Part shown: positions 12,841 to 25,914 of the stretch, piece by piece
Layout: the number at the start of each line of letters is the position of its first letter
How positions within the stretch are numbered: the stretch's first letter is position 1
Assembly (NCBI GenBank): GCA_024137785.1
Contig: JAHRHZ010000009.1
Span: forward strand, 27,867,912 to 27,931,911
From: Ginglymostoma cirratum
Taxonomy: Eukaryota
Length of the DNA: 64,000 nucleotides
Direction of reading: 5' to 3'
The notes under the pieces: model-generated
Databases searched by the model: none
What the model was told of the DNA's origin: nothing
The model's input: the letters and a program-made list of their open reading frames with translations, nothing else
Translations under genes and position numbers: made by a program

Positions 12841-13690
12841 CAAACAGGAAGTTAGAAAAACAAGAGAATGGATAAGAAAGCTTTTGCAGATGAAATAAAG
12901 GAAATTACAAAGAAGTTTTGTTAAATATGTAAAGAGCAAGAGAATAACTAGGGAAAGAGTAGGGCCCATAGGCCGTAACCTATGTGTGGGCTGAGAAAAT
13001 GTGGAGACATACCTCAATGTACACTTTGCATTGGACCTCACAATGGAAAAGGATGATACAGGCATAGACATCAAGATGAAGGGCAGTGAAATATTTGAAG
13101 GTATTCAAACAGACAGAGAGAGAAGTAAGAGAGGGTTTAACAGCATTTAATGTGGGTAGATTTGCAGGCCCAGATGAGATATATCTCAGGCCGTTGATCG
13201 CACCAAGAGAGACCTCGTAGTAATTTTTAAATGCTCTCTGGCCCCACATGCGATGTCAGGACTGGACGGCAGACAACATTGCCCCATTACTTCAAAAGGG
13301 AAAAAGGGATAGACCAGGAAATTACAGGGCAATCAGTTACATCCTGGTGGTGGGAAATTATTAAAAAGCGTTCTTAAGGACAGAATATTGCTGCGCTTGG
13401 AGAGACATGGATTAATCAGAGACAGTCGTCATGAACTTGTTAAATGAGGGTTGTGTTTCCTAAATTTGATCAAAATCTTTGAGTTTATCAGGAGTGTTGA
13501 TGTGGGTAGTGCACTTAATGTGTCCACATAAACTTTAACAAGGATTTTGATAAGATGTCTCATGGTTGGTTAAGAAAATAAGAGCCCATGAGATCCAAAG
13601 CAAAGTGGCACACTGGAGCAAAAATTGATTGACAAGCAGGAAGTGATGACTGATGGATGTTTCTGTGACTGGATGTCTGTTCCCAGTCAG
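12841..13690 (+). mobile_element. Old CR1 ORF2 (tether/RT N-terminal region), likely continuation of the 6470-7125 copy
   Basis: aagagcaagagaataactagggaaagagtagggcc, GPDEIY-like, PGNYR (ccaggaaattacagg) and decayed DF.K.FDK motifs in the expected ORF2 order. Confidence 0.8.
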
Positions 13691-16600
13691 CCCTGCAGAT
13701 CAAATGTAACCAGTCAGGAGATTAGCAGTAAGTCAGTCAGAGAACTGCACAGATATCAGTAGTTCAGTCAGTCAGGATAGTGGTTCACAGTCAATCCTGG
13801 GAGTCTGTTCACCAGAAGTCAAGGAGTTATGAGAGGCAACTACGGGAAGTTTGGGGACTGGAGGCATCATGCTAGAATGCAGATAGGATAATAATCGTGA
13901 GAGTGGAGCACAATTCATCATATAAGGGTAAAGCATGGGGGTACTGTGGGAAGGGAGATCATCAACAGTCAGCACCACTCTGGCTTTGATGGGTGTGACG
14001 GTGCATAACAATGTTTGGGATAATTAGGATGCCTGAGGGTCAGGGGGTAACATGCAGAGATGAAGAGTTAAGCAAAAGTGTTGGGGTGGGAATGTGACGA
14101 AGATCCAATCTAATGGGGTTGACAGGAAGAACAAGGCAGAAAGGAACATGAAGGTTTGGGAGGTCACCTAGGTTGATAGCTGTGTCTGTGACTCAACCCA
14201 TGAAGTGCTATTTGTGTCGCCTCCAATTGTCGCCTGCAGCAACCAAGGCAGGACTTGTTCAGAAATCACGTTCAATGGAACTCTGTTAGCCAAAATCATC
14301 ATTCACTCATTGTAAATGTGTTAATGTTGCAAAGACCACATCCCCTGTTTAATCTCAACTATAAATGCAGTTTAGCAGTTTGTTCTGTCTTCACTTTTCC
14401 TATTTAATAAAAGTTATGGTTACAAACTGATTGGAACCTTCACTATACTTTGTGCTCCCTCACTGAGGCATGACAAAGTTTGATGTCGGTGTTGGCACTA
14501 TAGGAAAAAAAATGTTATTGCTTAGACAGTGGCAAGACATCATGTGGTGCTAAAGTTAGTTAGCCTCCGTAGTTTCATTCTCCTAGCTGCAGCCAAAGTG
14601 GCTTTCGATCACAGAACTGATGAAGAAAACTGAATATATATTTATAAATGTAGCAATCCATTTACCATTAATTTTCACCATGCCACCTATATAACCAAGG
14701 GTCTTCTTTCCCTCTTTTCCTTCTTTTATGTCTAGATTCAGTCGATGGTCTGCAAATGGGGTAGAGGGAGTCTGTCTAATAGTGGAGAATATTAGCCTTG
14801 GAGTTTTGAGAGGTCACTCCTGGGTGTTTGTGGCTAGAAAGTCCAGACATGCTGAGAGCGTCCTCCAAAGATGCAGGTTCACCCCACTCAACTAGAGTTT
14901 CCACTGGGTTGAGGATAATGGGAGGGTAAAGATAGGAAGCCCACCTCTAGAGTCCAGAGGGAAGATTTCTGAGGCACATATATGTAATCCCTCTTCCAGC
15001 TATGTACCTACTGACACTACCTAGTCTTCTTGTGAGGAAGGGGGAATACGGAATGAGATCAAAATCCCTCATCCAGTTGTTACCTTGCAGTTGGTGCAAT
15101 GGAGTGCAAGTCTGGGATCGTATACAACAGACATTGTGTGTGCTACAGTGGACTCTCCTGGCTGCTGCCAATCTGTCCTTAAGATAGACAGATGCATGCA
15201 TGCTGGAACCAGCATGGTACAGATAGCATGCGTGGACTCCGCTAACCCTTAATCCAGTCTCTGAGTGTTCCCAACTAACCTGTCTTCTGCTCCCTTGTTA
15301 GCTTGTGTATTTTGACAATGTCAATAATGGCTGACACCATAGGTCCTCACCTGCCCTGGGGCTGAGCAGTTGTCTGGTATCTGCCAGTCTTCTGAGTGTC
15401 AGAGATCTGGGATGTTTCTTCTTTGGCCAGCTGCAGGGATGTATCAGTGGCGTGTTCACCAGAATGTCCTCACAAGTCTAATACTGCTAACATACCCACT
15501 GAGTCATCATTATCTGAGCTGGTAGAGGATGCAGGAGACAGCCTTGCCAGTGCTTAGTGTGAGGATTATGTGTCTTTTTCTCAGGTAGATGGGAAGATGT
15601 TAGCCGGAGGCGTTGCTTTCTTCAGTGCCAAAGACTGCAGGATGCTCAGTGCTGTGGACAACAGCAAAGGAAATGAATGTGCAACAGGAGTAGACTCTTG
15701 AATATGTTAAGAATACTTTCACAGTGGTGGCAATAGGAGAGCAATACAGCCGTTTGCATTGAATTTTTCTTAGTTCCTAGCTTATGAAGACCTCAATATT
15801 GCCACATGTATGATCTCTATCCTCTCTCACTCAAGGATTCTCATTATATATCTCATGCCTGTTGCAGAAGATTATTCTGGATAAGTAACAATTAATAAGT
15901 AATATGCAGACAGCACCATTCAAATTCCAGATTTTTAAAATGGCAATGTGAAAAGTACACAAGAGACCTTCTGAATTGCAGAAAGAGAAAACCCATATTG
16001 TGTCAGTTTTGTGTAAAACGTAACTCATGAAATGTCCTAAAATGCTGGTCTTTTGTCTTTACAGATGAATTGACCTATGAGCTTCTCCAATATTTTCTAT
16101 TGTTAATTTAAAATGTCTTGCATTTTCCTTTTATTTTGAGGTGTGGGGCCACAGCTACTCAGCAATCGCATTGTGATACCACTGAGTTTACAACCAAAAG
16201 TTATGAGGTGAAATTCCAGCTCTAGGCATAGCCTGCCTTTGTTAGATTCACTCTAGTCATTCTTTTCTGGCTTTTTGAAGCAATTGAATATTTCTCAGGA
16301 GAACGCAAGGGAGAGTTGGCAGAATCTGACTCCAGAAGCTCCTTCTCTTGTTGGGTCGATCACAGAATTAAACTATTAACATCAAATAAAGGAAATGGTC
16401 GGAAGTGAGACCACCTTCCTCTTTAGCGAATGTGGAACTGTGGTGGCAGGAAGTAATGTGGTGGAGCTGTAATTTTAATATTGTCATGATCTATTTTCCT
16501 CCAGTCTTCCTTTATCCTTTTCTCAAATATAGACAGAATTAAAAATATCCTATTTTGTTTTCATCAAAGTAATACAAAATTTTTATTCTGAGCTACAACT

Positions 16601-17785
16601 TGATAAGCAACGTTTATTTACAAACTTTAATCTTTTTTATATGAATCGTACTTAGATTCCAAACATGATTGGCAATGGAGCCTTTGTCTTTTTTGCTTAA
16701 GCCACTACAACATGATGTGTACTAAAATATACAGATGTGCATAGTTAATGGGGATTTGCTTTCCTCTTACCCCCATATTGTTGTCATTTTCTTCCCTTCG
16801 TTTTACTTACCTGCAATATGCTATATCCTCATTGTGATTCTTGCTATACCCAACCAAAAAGAGTTGTGTGAAAATGATCTGAGAGTATCTTTTTCACTCC
16901 TTTTCTAACCTTTCTCTCCTTCAGGATGGCCTGGCAGAATGAAAAACTCACCATGGGGTTCATCATTGGCACCTTAAACTTTATTAGTTTACCGTCATAG
17001 CCCAATGCAATACTGCCACTGTGTATTCCCCAATCCCCCATTTATTCCTTATTCTTTATTCTTTATTCCTTTTGGCAGAATCTTATCTTCACTTTACTGT
17101 ACTTTTACTGAGACTATTTACATGACATGATACACAAAGACACTTCTTTGGTGAAATATGTTTTGCAGCTTTGCTCATGTACATTAAAGAAACATCACTG
17201 CACAATTCTGAAAGGGGTGTATAGTTCACTAATACTTCAGCACTTGGATAGATACTTCAACAGAAGGGAAATATCAATTGAATTTAACTGATGTCAGTAT
17301 CTGTCAAACTATCCTGAAGGGATTGCAGTTTTGATTTCATTGATGCCAGCTGTGAATGTTTCCACATGCTGTATTTCAATGCCATTCAACAAAACAACGA
17401 GTTTTTTTTTCTTCAACATGAACATATTTGTTATCCCTCAGGTGCATCTTATCTCAGAACATCTGTACAAATTCTGAAAAAAGTAAACAGAGTTCAATTA
17501 AAAATGACATCATATAAATACAAGAGAAGGGAAGAAATCTGAAAACATCTAGCTCTCAAACATATCGACTTTTACAGTGACATTTTCAAAATAAAACTGA
17601 TTAACTCTTATGCTGATTTCCCCTTAATGGTATTGGTGTGCACCATTACTCTTTTGATTTGGACAGATCAATGAATCTCTTTTAATGTGGAGATGTATAT
17701 AAAGATCACATGTGTTTATGCTATCTATGGAAGATACATCAGAACTATCTCACTGTACAGCAACAGATATGTTGCAGACAGGCTG

Positions 17786-18684
17786 TGTTATGGTTTATTT
17801 ATCACATTATAAAATGGAGGTTGACCCCCCCACCTCAGAGAACTAAAGCAAAGAGGGTGCCTCGCCCCATAATCCTTAAAAGGAGCGTGAAAACTGGCAT
17901 AACCTGCCTTTCAGCAACTTCTAGTGATTAAATAAAATAAATCCCTGACACTGACTTTAAAATCAATAAGTAACACTTTACTTATCTAACTCTAACAGTG
18001 AACGAACTAACTAAACTATTAACAAACCAAATAAATCCCTTCTAACTACTAACTACCACCAAATAAAACAAGATTTTAATGGAATGCTGTTCCAATAAAT
18101 ACGGGTCCCACTTAGAGGTAAAAAAGAGTTTAGTCTCTTGAAATTACAGCCAGGTTACATGTCTTTGGAAATGTTCTGTGCCTTCTCCTTCAATTTTTCT
18201 GCCAGGAATATTAACTAGTTGTGCCTTTGGCACTGTTGTTAATTAGATACTGCTTACTCTAATACATAGAGGAGTTTGTGAGAGCCAGCGATTCTCTCTT
18301 GAGAGCTGAGGGCTGCTAGTTCTGGCTGACGGCAGTTAGCTGTGGGATTTTTTTTCAACTGTCCCCTTGTTTTATAACCTTAATGACATATCAATATTTC
18401 TTACAATAGGATTGGCCCCATGTTGTCAAAACCATCAGATTTAAATTTAATAGGTTTTTGGTACCTAAGAATTGATTGGCTAAATTCAAAAGCTTGTTGT
18501 CTTGGTAAAAACTACTGCTTGGCCTGCTAAGAATACAGCCTTTTGATACAAATGTTTCAATTCAATTGCTCTCTGTGTACTTGCACTTCCAAGCTGCTGC
18601 TCACAGACATCCCTATTAAATATCAAAGCATAGACAAAGCACATCATCTTTTAAAGGCACCATGCAATGCTTTCCTCCGTAGCA
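17786..18684 (-). mobile_element. Probable solo LTR
   Basis: About 900 bp bounded by TGTTA...TAGCA. On the minus strand, CCAAT boxes (plus gattgg at ~18474 and ~18410) precede TATAAAA (~18370), with AATAAA near the distal end. No convincing TSD. Confidence 0.4.
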
Positions 18685-19229
18685 TTTTACAAGCACCAAA
18701 TTCTAACTTCCTGCCTCCCAACCCACAAGCACTCTACCCAACTTTGCAACAATTGTTAGAAAGGCATAAACAATACATGCTATACCAGAGGTCACAGGAT
18801 ATCAGAGAGTATTCTGACAGAGTTGTTGTACATGCAGTTGTGCAAAAAGTAAGGTAATCTGAGCTCACTTTGCTTTATCCACACTAAACAGAAATGTTAA
18901 TCCCAAAACGTTTTAGACAAATTTCTTGAATTGAGGATATATGATAGAATTCTAATGTCAAAATCCAATTCATGCGTTGGAAAACTGAAACTTTAATGGC
19001 GATCTTCGACAGACTATTCCTCGTCTCATAAAAAAATGAGAAAAAGGTGTGTTTTTGTCTAATAATCAAAAAATTCTAATGAAGTAATTGGAGTCTTCCC
19101 AATATTCTTTGATCCCCCGTGCTTAACACCTAACTTGGTACATAATTAGATGCTGTCATAAATAGATATTGGATTGTCATACCTGAAACACCTCAATTGC
19201 CTTATATCAAAGATTACAGAAATATTGGA

Positions 19230-19432
19230 CCTCTCTCCCACAAAAAGCTGTTGAGATTGAAGCCAATTCAAATTTCAAAACTGAGATATGCAGATTTTTG
19301 TGAAGTACAGGTTTCACAGAACAAGAACCCAAGGTAAGGTAGATAGAGTAAACTCTGAGGTTAGGTGTATTCTAATTGAATATCATAATAGTTTCAAGGG
19401 GCTGAATATCCTACAGCTGTTCCTGTTCCTTA
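19230..19432 (+). mobile_element. Very old CR1-like 3' end remnant
   Basis: Ends in aggggctgaatatcctacagctgttcctgttcct, resembling the other CR1 tails in this window. Confidence 0.5.
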
Positions 19433-20194
19433 AAAGAGAACGTAGTAGTTATATGAGTTGGGAGAAGGGAATCTGAGGGGTGGCATGCTGGAGCTTAGAA
19501 GATCTATGATGTAGAACCTATTAATTATATATCAATGGTTGAGTTTAAAACCATTTAAGTTCACAGGTACTTCTCAAACACTACCAGCAATTGGCTTTCA
19601 GGATGTCCATAGTTCATTGCCTTGAAACCTTGCCACAGCATAACTCCAATCCTTCAAACAGCTAAACTAGCTAATCAGTTATCAACAGCCCTTCAAAACA
19701 CCGTGGGTTTGCTTAATCTCCACTCCTAGGTTATTGAATCCATGGAAAATTGACTTGGTTCAAAACTCCAGTTGCATGTCATGACTACAATGAGGCACAT
19801 AATTTACCTCTCCTCAAGGAGGAGAACCATTAGTTTGTCATTAGACAACTGGTAAATGTGAAGTTGAACAGCAGGACCCAGGGGTTCCTCCCAAACACTC
19901 AGAGCAACTATAAGTAACATTACAATCAAGTTAGTTCCTCACAAAAGACATTCATACAGCATGGGCATACATAATACCATTGCTGTTTGCTTCCTCAACC
20001 CCATCAAACTAGTGGTCAGCCTCCATATATATGTGAGCACGTGACTTGATGCCTTTCTTCCTAGTAATACCTTCCAACAACTGAATTTTCCTATCAGGTT
20101 CTGAATAAATGCTTTCAGAGTGGTAAAAGGACTTTTCAAGAATGCTTTCGGATGTGCCGTTCATCTTGATATGGTGTCAACTGCGGCTCAACTC

Positions 20195-20568
20195 GTAGTG
20201 CATTGCATCTGAGTCAACAGGTTATATTCTAGACACTTTCCAGAGACTTGAGTGCACCATTTCAGTGGGTACTCCAGTGTGTTTCTGAGCGGGTGTTGCA
20301 CTTTGGACGTGATGTTAAGCCCAGTTACTCCTTTAAGAGGATGGGAAAGATTCCATGCCAATATTTCAAAGAAGAACATAGAAATCATTTCCATCATCAA
20401 TAATTAACTTTCAACCAAGAGAGTATGGTTCTTGTGTCTAAGGGACCTTGTTGTGTGCTATTGTGCTTCTTAATTACCATACTGACTACATATGAATAAT
20501 AGTTAATTGGCTGCCAAGTTTCAAATGACAGTGTAAGGTTGTGGCGAGTATTATATAAATGCAAGTCA
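20195..20568 (+). mobile_element. Deu-domain SINE (SacSINE1/AmnSINE-like), decayed
   Basis: Central gatgttaagccc...aaagattccatgccaatatttcaaagaag and terminal tatataaatgcaagtc resemble Deu-SINE body and tail. A related minus copy lies at 34445-34670. Confidence 0.6.
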
Positions 20569-20569
20569 T

Positions 20570-22240
20570 TGTATCAGTCTTTGGTAAGATTTTTGAGCCC
20601 ATTATTAAGGATGAGATTTTGGAGTCCTTCGAAGTGCATGGTAAAGTAATGCCTGACAAATCCGTTAGAATTCTTTGAGGAGGTAACAAGCAAGTTAGAA
20701 AAAAAGAGAGCCAATGGGCGTAATCTATTTGGATTTCCAGAAGGAATTTGACAAGGTTCTGCACAAGAGGCTGATGAATAAGATAAAAGCCCATGGTGTT
20801 AGGGACAAGGTAAGAGGATTGGCTGATTAGCAGAAGGCAGAGAGCAGGGATAAAGGGATCTTTTCCAGGATGGCAGCCATTGACTAGTGGAGTTCTGCAG
20901 GGGTCAATGTGGGACCACAAATATTCACCGTATATATTAATGCAGATGACACAAAGGTAGGTGGAGGGACAGGTAGTATTGAAGAAGTGAAAGGCTGCAG
21001 AAGGTTTGACAGGCTAGGAAAGTGGGCAAAGAAGTGGTAGATGGAATATAATGTGGAAAAGTGTGAGGTTATACACTTTGGTAGGAAAAGTTATAGCATA
21101 GACTATTTTCTAAATGAAGAAGAATTTGGAAATATGAAGGTCAAATGGACTTGGGAGTCCTAGTTCAGGATTCTCTAAAAGATAACATGTAGGTTCAGTT
21201 GACAGTTAAGAAGACAAATTGCATTGTTAGCATTCCTTTCAAGAGGGCTAGAATACAAGAGCAGACATTTGCTGCAGAGGCTGTATAAGCCTTTGGTCAG
21301 AATGCATTCTGGAATATTGAGGGCAATTTTAGGCCCCACATCTAAGAAAGGATGCGCTGGCATTGGAAATGGGCCAGAGGATGTTTACAAGGATGATCCC
21401 AGGGACAAAGGGGTTGTCAGAGGAGGAGCTATTGAGGTCTTTGGGTCTGTATGCAATGGAGTTTGGAAGGATGAGGAGGGATCTAATTGAAATTTACAGA
21501 ATATTGAGCGTTGTGGATTGAATGACTGTGGAGAAGATGTTTCCGCTTGTAGGAGAGACAAGGATTCAAGGATACAGCCTCAAAGTGAACGGACAACCCT
21601 TTAGAACTGACATGAGGAGGAATTTCTTCAGCCACAGGGAGTTATAGAGTCACAGAAACATTGGCAGCTCATTCCATGCACACATCACCCTCTGCATGAA
21701 AAAGGTGCTCCGTAGGTCCCTTTTAAATCTTTCCCCTTTCACTTTAAACCCATGCCATCTAAATTTGGACTCCCTGCTCTGGGGAAAAGACCTTGTCTAT
21801 TTGCCCTGTCCATTCCCCTCATGATTTTATAAACTTCCATAAGGTCTCAGGCTCCCATGCTCCAGGGAAAATAGCTCCAGCCTATTCAACCTCTCCCTAC
21901 AGCTCAAACCCTCCAACCCTGGCAACACCTTTGTAAATCTTTTCAAGTTTCACAACATCTTTCTTATAGCAGGGAGACCAGAACTGTATGCAGTATTCCA
22001 AAAGTGGCCAAACCAATATCCTATACAGCTGCAACATGACCTCCCAGAGGTCATGAGGGCCAAGACATTCAGTGTATTTAAGACAGCAATCAATAGGCTC
22101 CTGATTAGTAAGGGGATCAAGGGTTTTGGGGAGAAAGCAGGTGAATGGGTTGAAAAACACCTTAGACATGATCAAATGGCAGCGCAGACTCGATGGGCCA
22201 AATGGCCTAATTCTCCTCCTACATCTTACAGTGTCTTGTT
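20570..22240 (+). mobile_element. CR1 LINE RT/3' part, interrupted by an antisense CR1 fragment
   Basis: IYLDFQKEFDKV, LAFLSRGLEYKSR..L.LYK.LVR.H and 3' UTR gatgggccaaatggcctaattctcctcctacatctt. Confidence 0.9.
21640..22046 (-). mobile_element. CR1 3' fragment inserted antisense within CR1
   Basis: The minus strand encodes [34 protein letters not shown]; the sequence resembles 3990-4370. Confidence 0.85.
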
Positions 22241-22254
22241 CATAAGTCTAAGGA

Positions 22255-22356
22255 CTTTGTACTGCAGTGGTAGTGTCCTTAACTCTGGGCCAGTAGGCTC
22301 AGGTTGAAGTGATGCCTGCTCCAGAGGTGTGGCTGAACACGTTGATTAAAATATCT
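22255..22356 (+). mobile_element. Short tRNA-head SINE remnant
   Basis: gtactgcagtggtagtgtcc...caggttgaagt gives decayed A/B-box spacing. Confidence 0.45.
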
Positions 22357-24723
22357 CTCAATGCAAGTCTGTCTTTCTTCCTGCCCAGGTTCGGGAATAT
22401 ATATGATACTCATCAAAAGCGCTTGCCACAGAACCTCTTGAGAGGCATTTGGTAAAGAGCTTGGTTTCTCTTGGTTTCACCCATTGCAGTGTTCTTGAAT
22501 AAATAATATGAAAATTACTGTTACACTAAAATAATTTACACAAATCTATTGTGTATTCATTTCTTATGTAAGTGTCATTTTAATGATTTTTAAAAAAAAC
22601 TTTTGTGTTGAAATAATCAGGATCAGGTGCAATTGAGAGTTCCAGACACTGTCTGAGAAAGGTGATTTGCTGTTTCCAGAAATTATATGAAGCGTCAGTC
22701 TTTTACTATGCACCCGCAAAGGGGTCAGCTAACAAAAGAAATGTTAGTATATGTTGCTAATGAATTTATTATTTTATTAATTTATTTTTAATTGTAAAAT
22801 TTATTTGGGGTAAACTGTTGATACACACATCCTAACATTGATGATTTATCCACCAACAATGTCAAAATAATGCATAAAACCATTTTAAATGAGACATGCT
22901 TCACAATGCATTATTAATATTGTTGTGACTTAATCTGTACTGCTACCAACCACAGTAAGACATAGGCCTTTGTTTGGCTTCAGACAAATTTGGATATCAC
23001 TTCATGCGTTCAATGTCACATGTTAGCATTCATAAGGTGCATTCAAAGTACAAAGTAAAAACTTTCATTCATAAGGGGTGGAATCTATTTTCATGATATA
23101 TGTTCCTCAGTTTTTCATGCTTTAACCTGTCTTGTAGCAAAAATTGTGATATTGTCTCTCATGTAATAAATAATAGTTGAAATACAAATGGATGCCTGAG
23201 ATAGCTCAGTAGCTGCTGGCCTTTCAACAAGCAGAGGCAAGTTCAAACCCAGCTTTGACTGACAATCACACTGTGTTTAACCCTAAAGGCTGAAATTAAT
23301 GGTGTTGGGCAGGTCATCTTGGGAAGGGATGTAAAAGTGACCATCTAATTTTCTAATATGTACTCCTTCAATACATATTTGTCAGCTGGATCATATATTC
23401 TCATTGTTCGCTGCATGATGGGATGAATGTTTTAGATTAGACGAGATCACATGATAAAATGCAATACGAGCAAATCTGACACATTAGAGGTTGTAGTTTG
23501 TTGATTTATACTGAAATTATTTCTTCTGTTGTGTTCTGTTGTGCTGTCAGTGGCCCTTAGACAAGAAGTGTTGCAAACAAGCCTTTAAATTTGACTGGGA
23601 ATATCCTGCATAAGTACCTTTAACAAATAAATAAATGGCAAGATGAAAAGATGGCTGGTTCACATTTACACATCTGATTTTTTTTCATATCTCTGAGAAG
23701 TTAATGCATCATTTTGCCTAGAGCGCATATTTGCTTTCACTATTTTCAGATGGTGTTGTTGAAGATACTGATGTTTATCAGGACACCTCCAAAGAGATGG
23801 GAGAACCGAAATAATCCTGATTGCTGATTTTCTTTATCATTGCGTTACTAAAAAGAGCAGAGTGTGTAATTGGGGGTTTTGGAGGGAGAAACAACAAAGC
23901 AGAACAATGACACAAGAATCAGTCCTCTGGTACATACTGCCATAGAGACTGTAGGCTAGATTTTATCAGCCCATGAATGATGTGAACAATAATGAGCATG
24001 ATGGAAAAGTATGACGAGATTGGACATATGAGGGTCTCAATGCCAAGAAATAAAAATCTAATTTTCGACCCAAGGATTAAAAAACAAAGTGAGATTCTTG
24101 CAAATGAGTTGTTAGAGGCCTACGTGCATGCATTTACATCTCATTAGCACCTAATCTTACAATATTTATAGCAATTTGCTATTCTCTCATAGGCTGATCA
24201 GAATCAAGACAACAAGAATTCTTGACATGAAAGTGAGAGTGAGTAGGAGGTAACTCCAGCTTGCTGTTTGCTCCTCTGGGCTTCCATCTTGGACAACTGA
24301 CCCTACACCTCAGTGTATGATCTAAGGGCAGCAACTGGCCAAATTCCTCTCCCCTAGTCCATGTAGGCATTGGATATTTACCAGGTTCACTACATCACAA
24401 TGGCACATTTCAGACTAACATGGAGCATAGTTGTTCACTTCAATGCTACAATTCATAATGCACCGACACCTTACATAGCAAAGCTGCTCCAATTTTGTAG
24501 TCAGGACTGACATCAATCTCATGCATTGGAGCAGGGTCCATCTTACAGCTCCTCGCTTGCTCTCTTAATGCTCACTCATTTTGCACCTACTTTGGATGTT
24601 CATAGCATCTCAGCTTTGCCAATTTGCATTTATCCACATTGTTCAGGATCTAAAAGCTCACAGTACTTCTGTCTAGTCTTGCTGTTTAGTGCAGATACAA
24701 ATACAGACAGATTGGTATAGTTG

Positions 24724-24830
24724 TATCAGAGATAAAAGGTACTGCAGATGCTGGAGAATCCGAGACAACAAGCATGGGGCTGGATGAACACAGCAGGTCA
24801 AGCAGCATCATAGGAGCAGGTAGGAGCAGG
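24724..24830 (-). mobile_element. PLE pseudo-LTR 3' fragment (family A) with a 12-bp TSD
   Basis: Reverse complement of positions ~32-128. It is flanked by the perfect direct repeat ttggtatagttg (24712-24723 and 24831-24842). Confidence 0.85.
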
Positions 24831-24849
24831 TTGGTATAGTTGCCAGCAA

Positions 24850-25620
24850 TGATCCGTTGATTGGACGAACATGTTATTGTATGGCAATGTGCTACATCAA
24901 TGTCACACCTACAGCATGTGCCAACCACTTTTGGAGCAAATGCATGGAATGTGTTTCAGCCAAATTGCCATGTCTATAAGTCTTAGGGGAATAGTTCTCA
25001 CACAAGTCAATGAGGACTGTCTTCAGACAGGATAGGTTTTCACTGTCAGTCCAAAGGCTTTGACAGAGCCAATCGGCTACATGGGGTAACTAGGGTCATG
25101 GGTCCCCAGGCACAGTTCCAGGGAGTGACTACAGTCTGTACTATTGGTAGCTGGCTTTCCCAATGTGCAGGGCACTGTGCATGCAGTACATATCATAACC
25201 TGGCTAACTTCAGCAACAGGAAAGAGTTCCATTCCATCAATGTACAAGTCATCTGTGATCATCAGTACTGTATCTTAGAAGTCTGCATGAGAAACCCCGG
25301 GAATTATGTCTATATCCTTGAGAACTCCTACGTTCCTGCTTCATTTCAAGAGTTGGATGCCTTACAAAGTTGATTATCGTGATACAAGGGCTAGCCTCAA
25401 GACCATGGCGGATGACTCTGTTACACAAGCCCTTGACTGAGAGCCAGAAGGAAACAATGCAACACATTTTTCCCACAATGCCATTGTGAGCAGACAATAG
25501 ACCTCCTGAAAGTGTGGTTCCAATGCTTGGATTGGTCTTGGGAAGGTCTTGCAGTACAATCCAGGCAGAATGGATTACGTAATCCTTTCAAGTTGTGCTT
25601 TGCACATTTGGAACAAGGAA
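24850..25620 (+). pseudogene. PIF/Harbinger DDE transposase (HARBI1-like family) fossil
   Basis: GFPNVQG (ggctttcccaatgtgcagggc), FSNRKEFHSINVQVICD...NPG, decayed KGY.L.PW.MT and EQTIDLLKVWFQCLD..LQY.P motifs; frameshifts and stops. Confidence 0.85.
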
Positions 25621-25914
25621 TGCTGATGATCTGGGAGAGCAGCAGCAGTCTTCTGAAAAAGAAGATGAGGGCATTGATCAGGAGGAACATCACCTTCAGC
25701 ATGATAGAGCAGTGCCATGTTGGTTGCAACAAGCCAGACGAGAACTAATTGATACCCATTTCCAATAGACGCGACCTGGATGCAGCGATCATTCATTGAC
25801 TGTAAATTGATTTTGCTTGAAAGATACACAAGCCCTCGGGGCAAACACAGGTATCTTTATTTGTTTGCTTGTCTCTGCTTAGGCTTTTTTCAATAAATAT
25901 TAACCTTTTTGTAT

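Noticed and set aside
17041-17075. (TTTATTC)n-like short tandem repeat
   Set aside because: Only about four degenerate units; ordinary low-complexity sequence.
23750-23815. Possible terminal exon (ttttcag|..DGVVEDTDVYQDTSKEMGEPK*)
   Set aside because: The acceptor is plausible, but the peptide is unrecognisable and no partner exons were found; likely chance.
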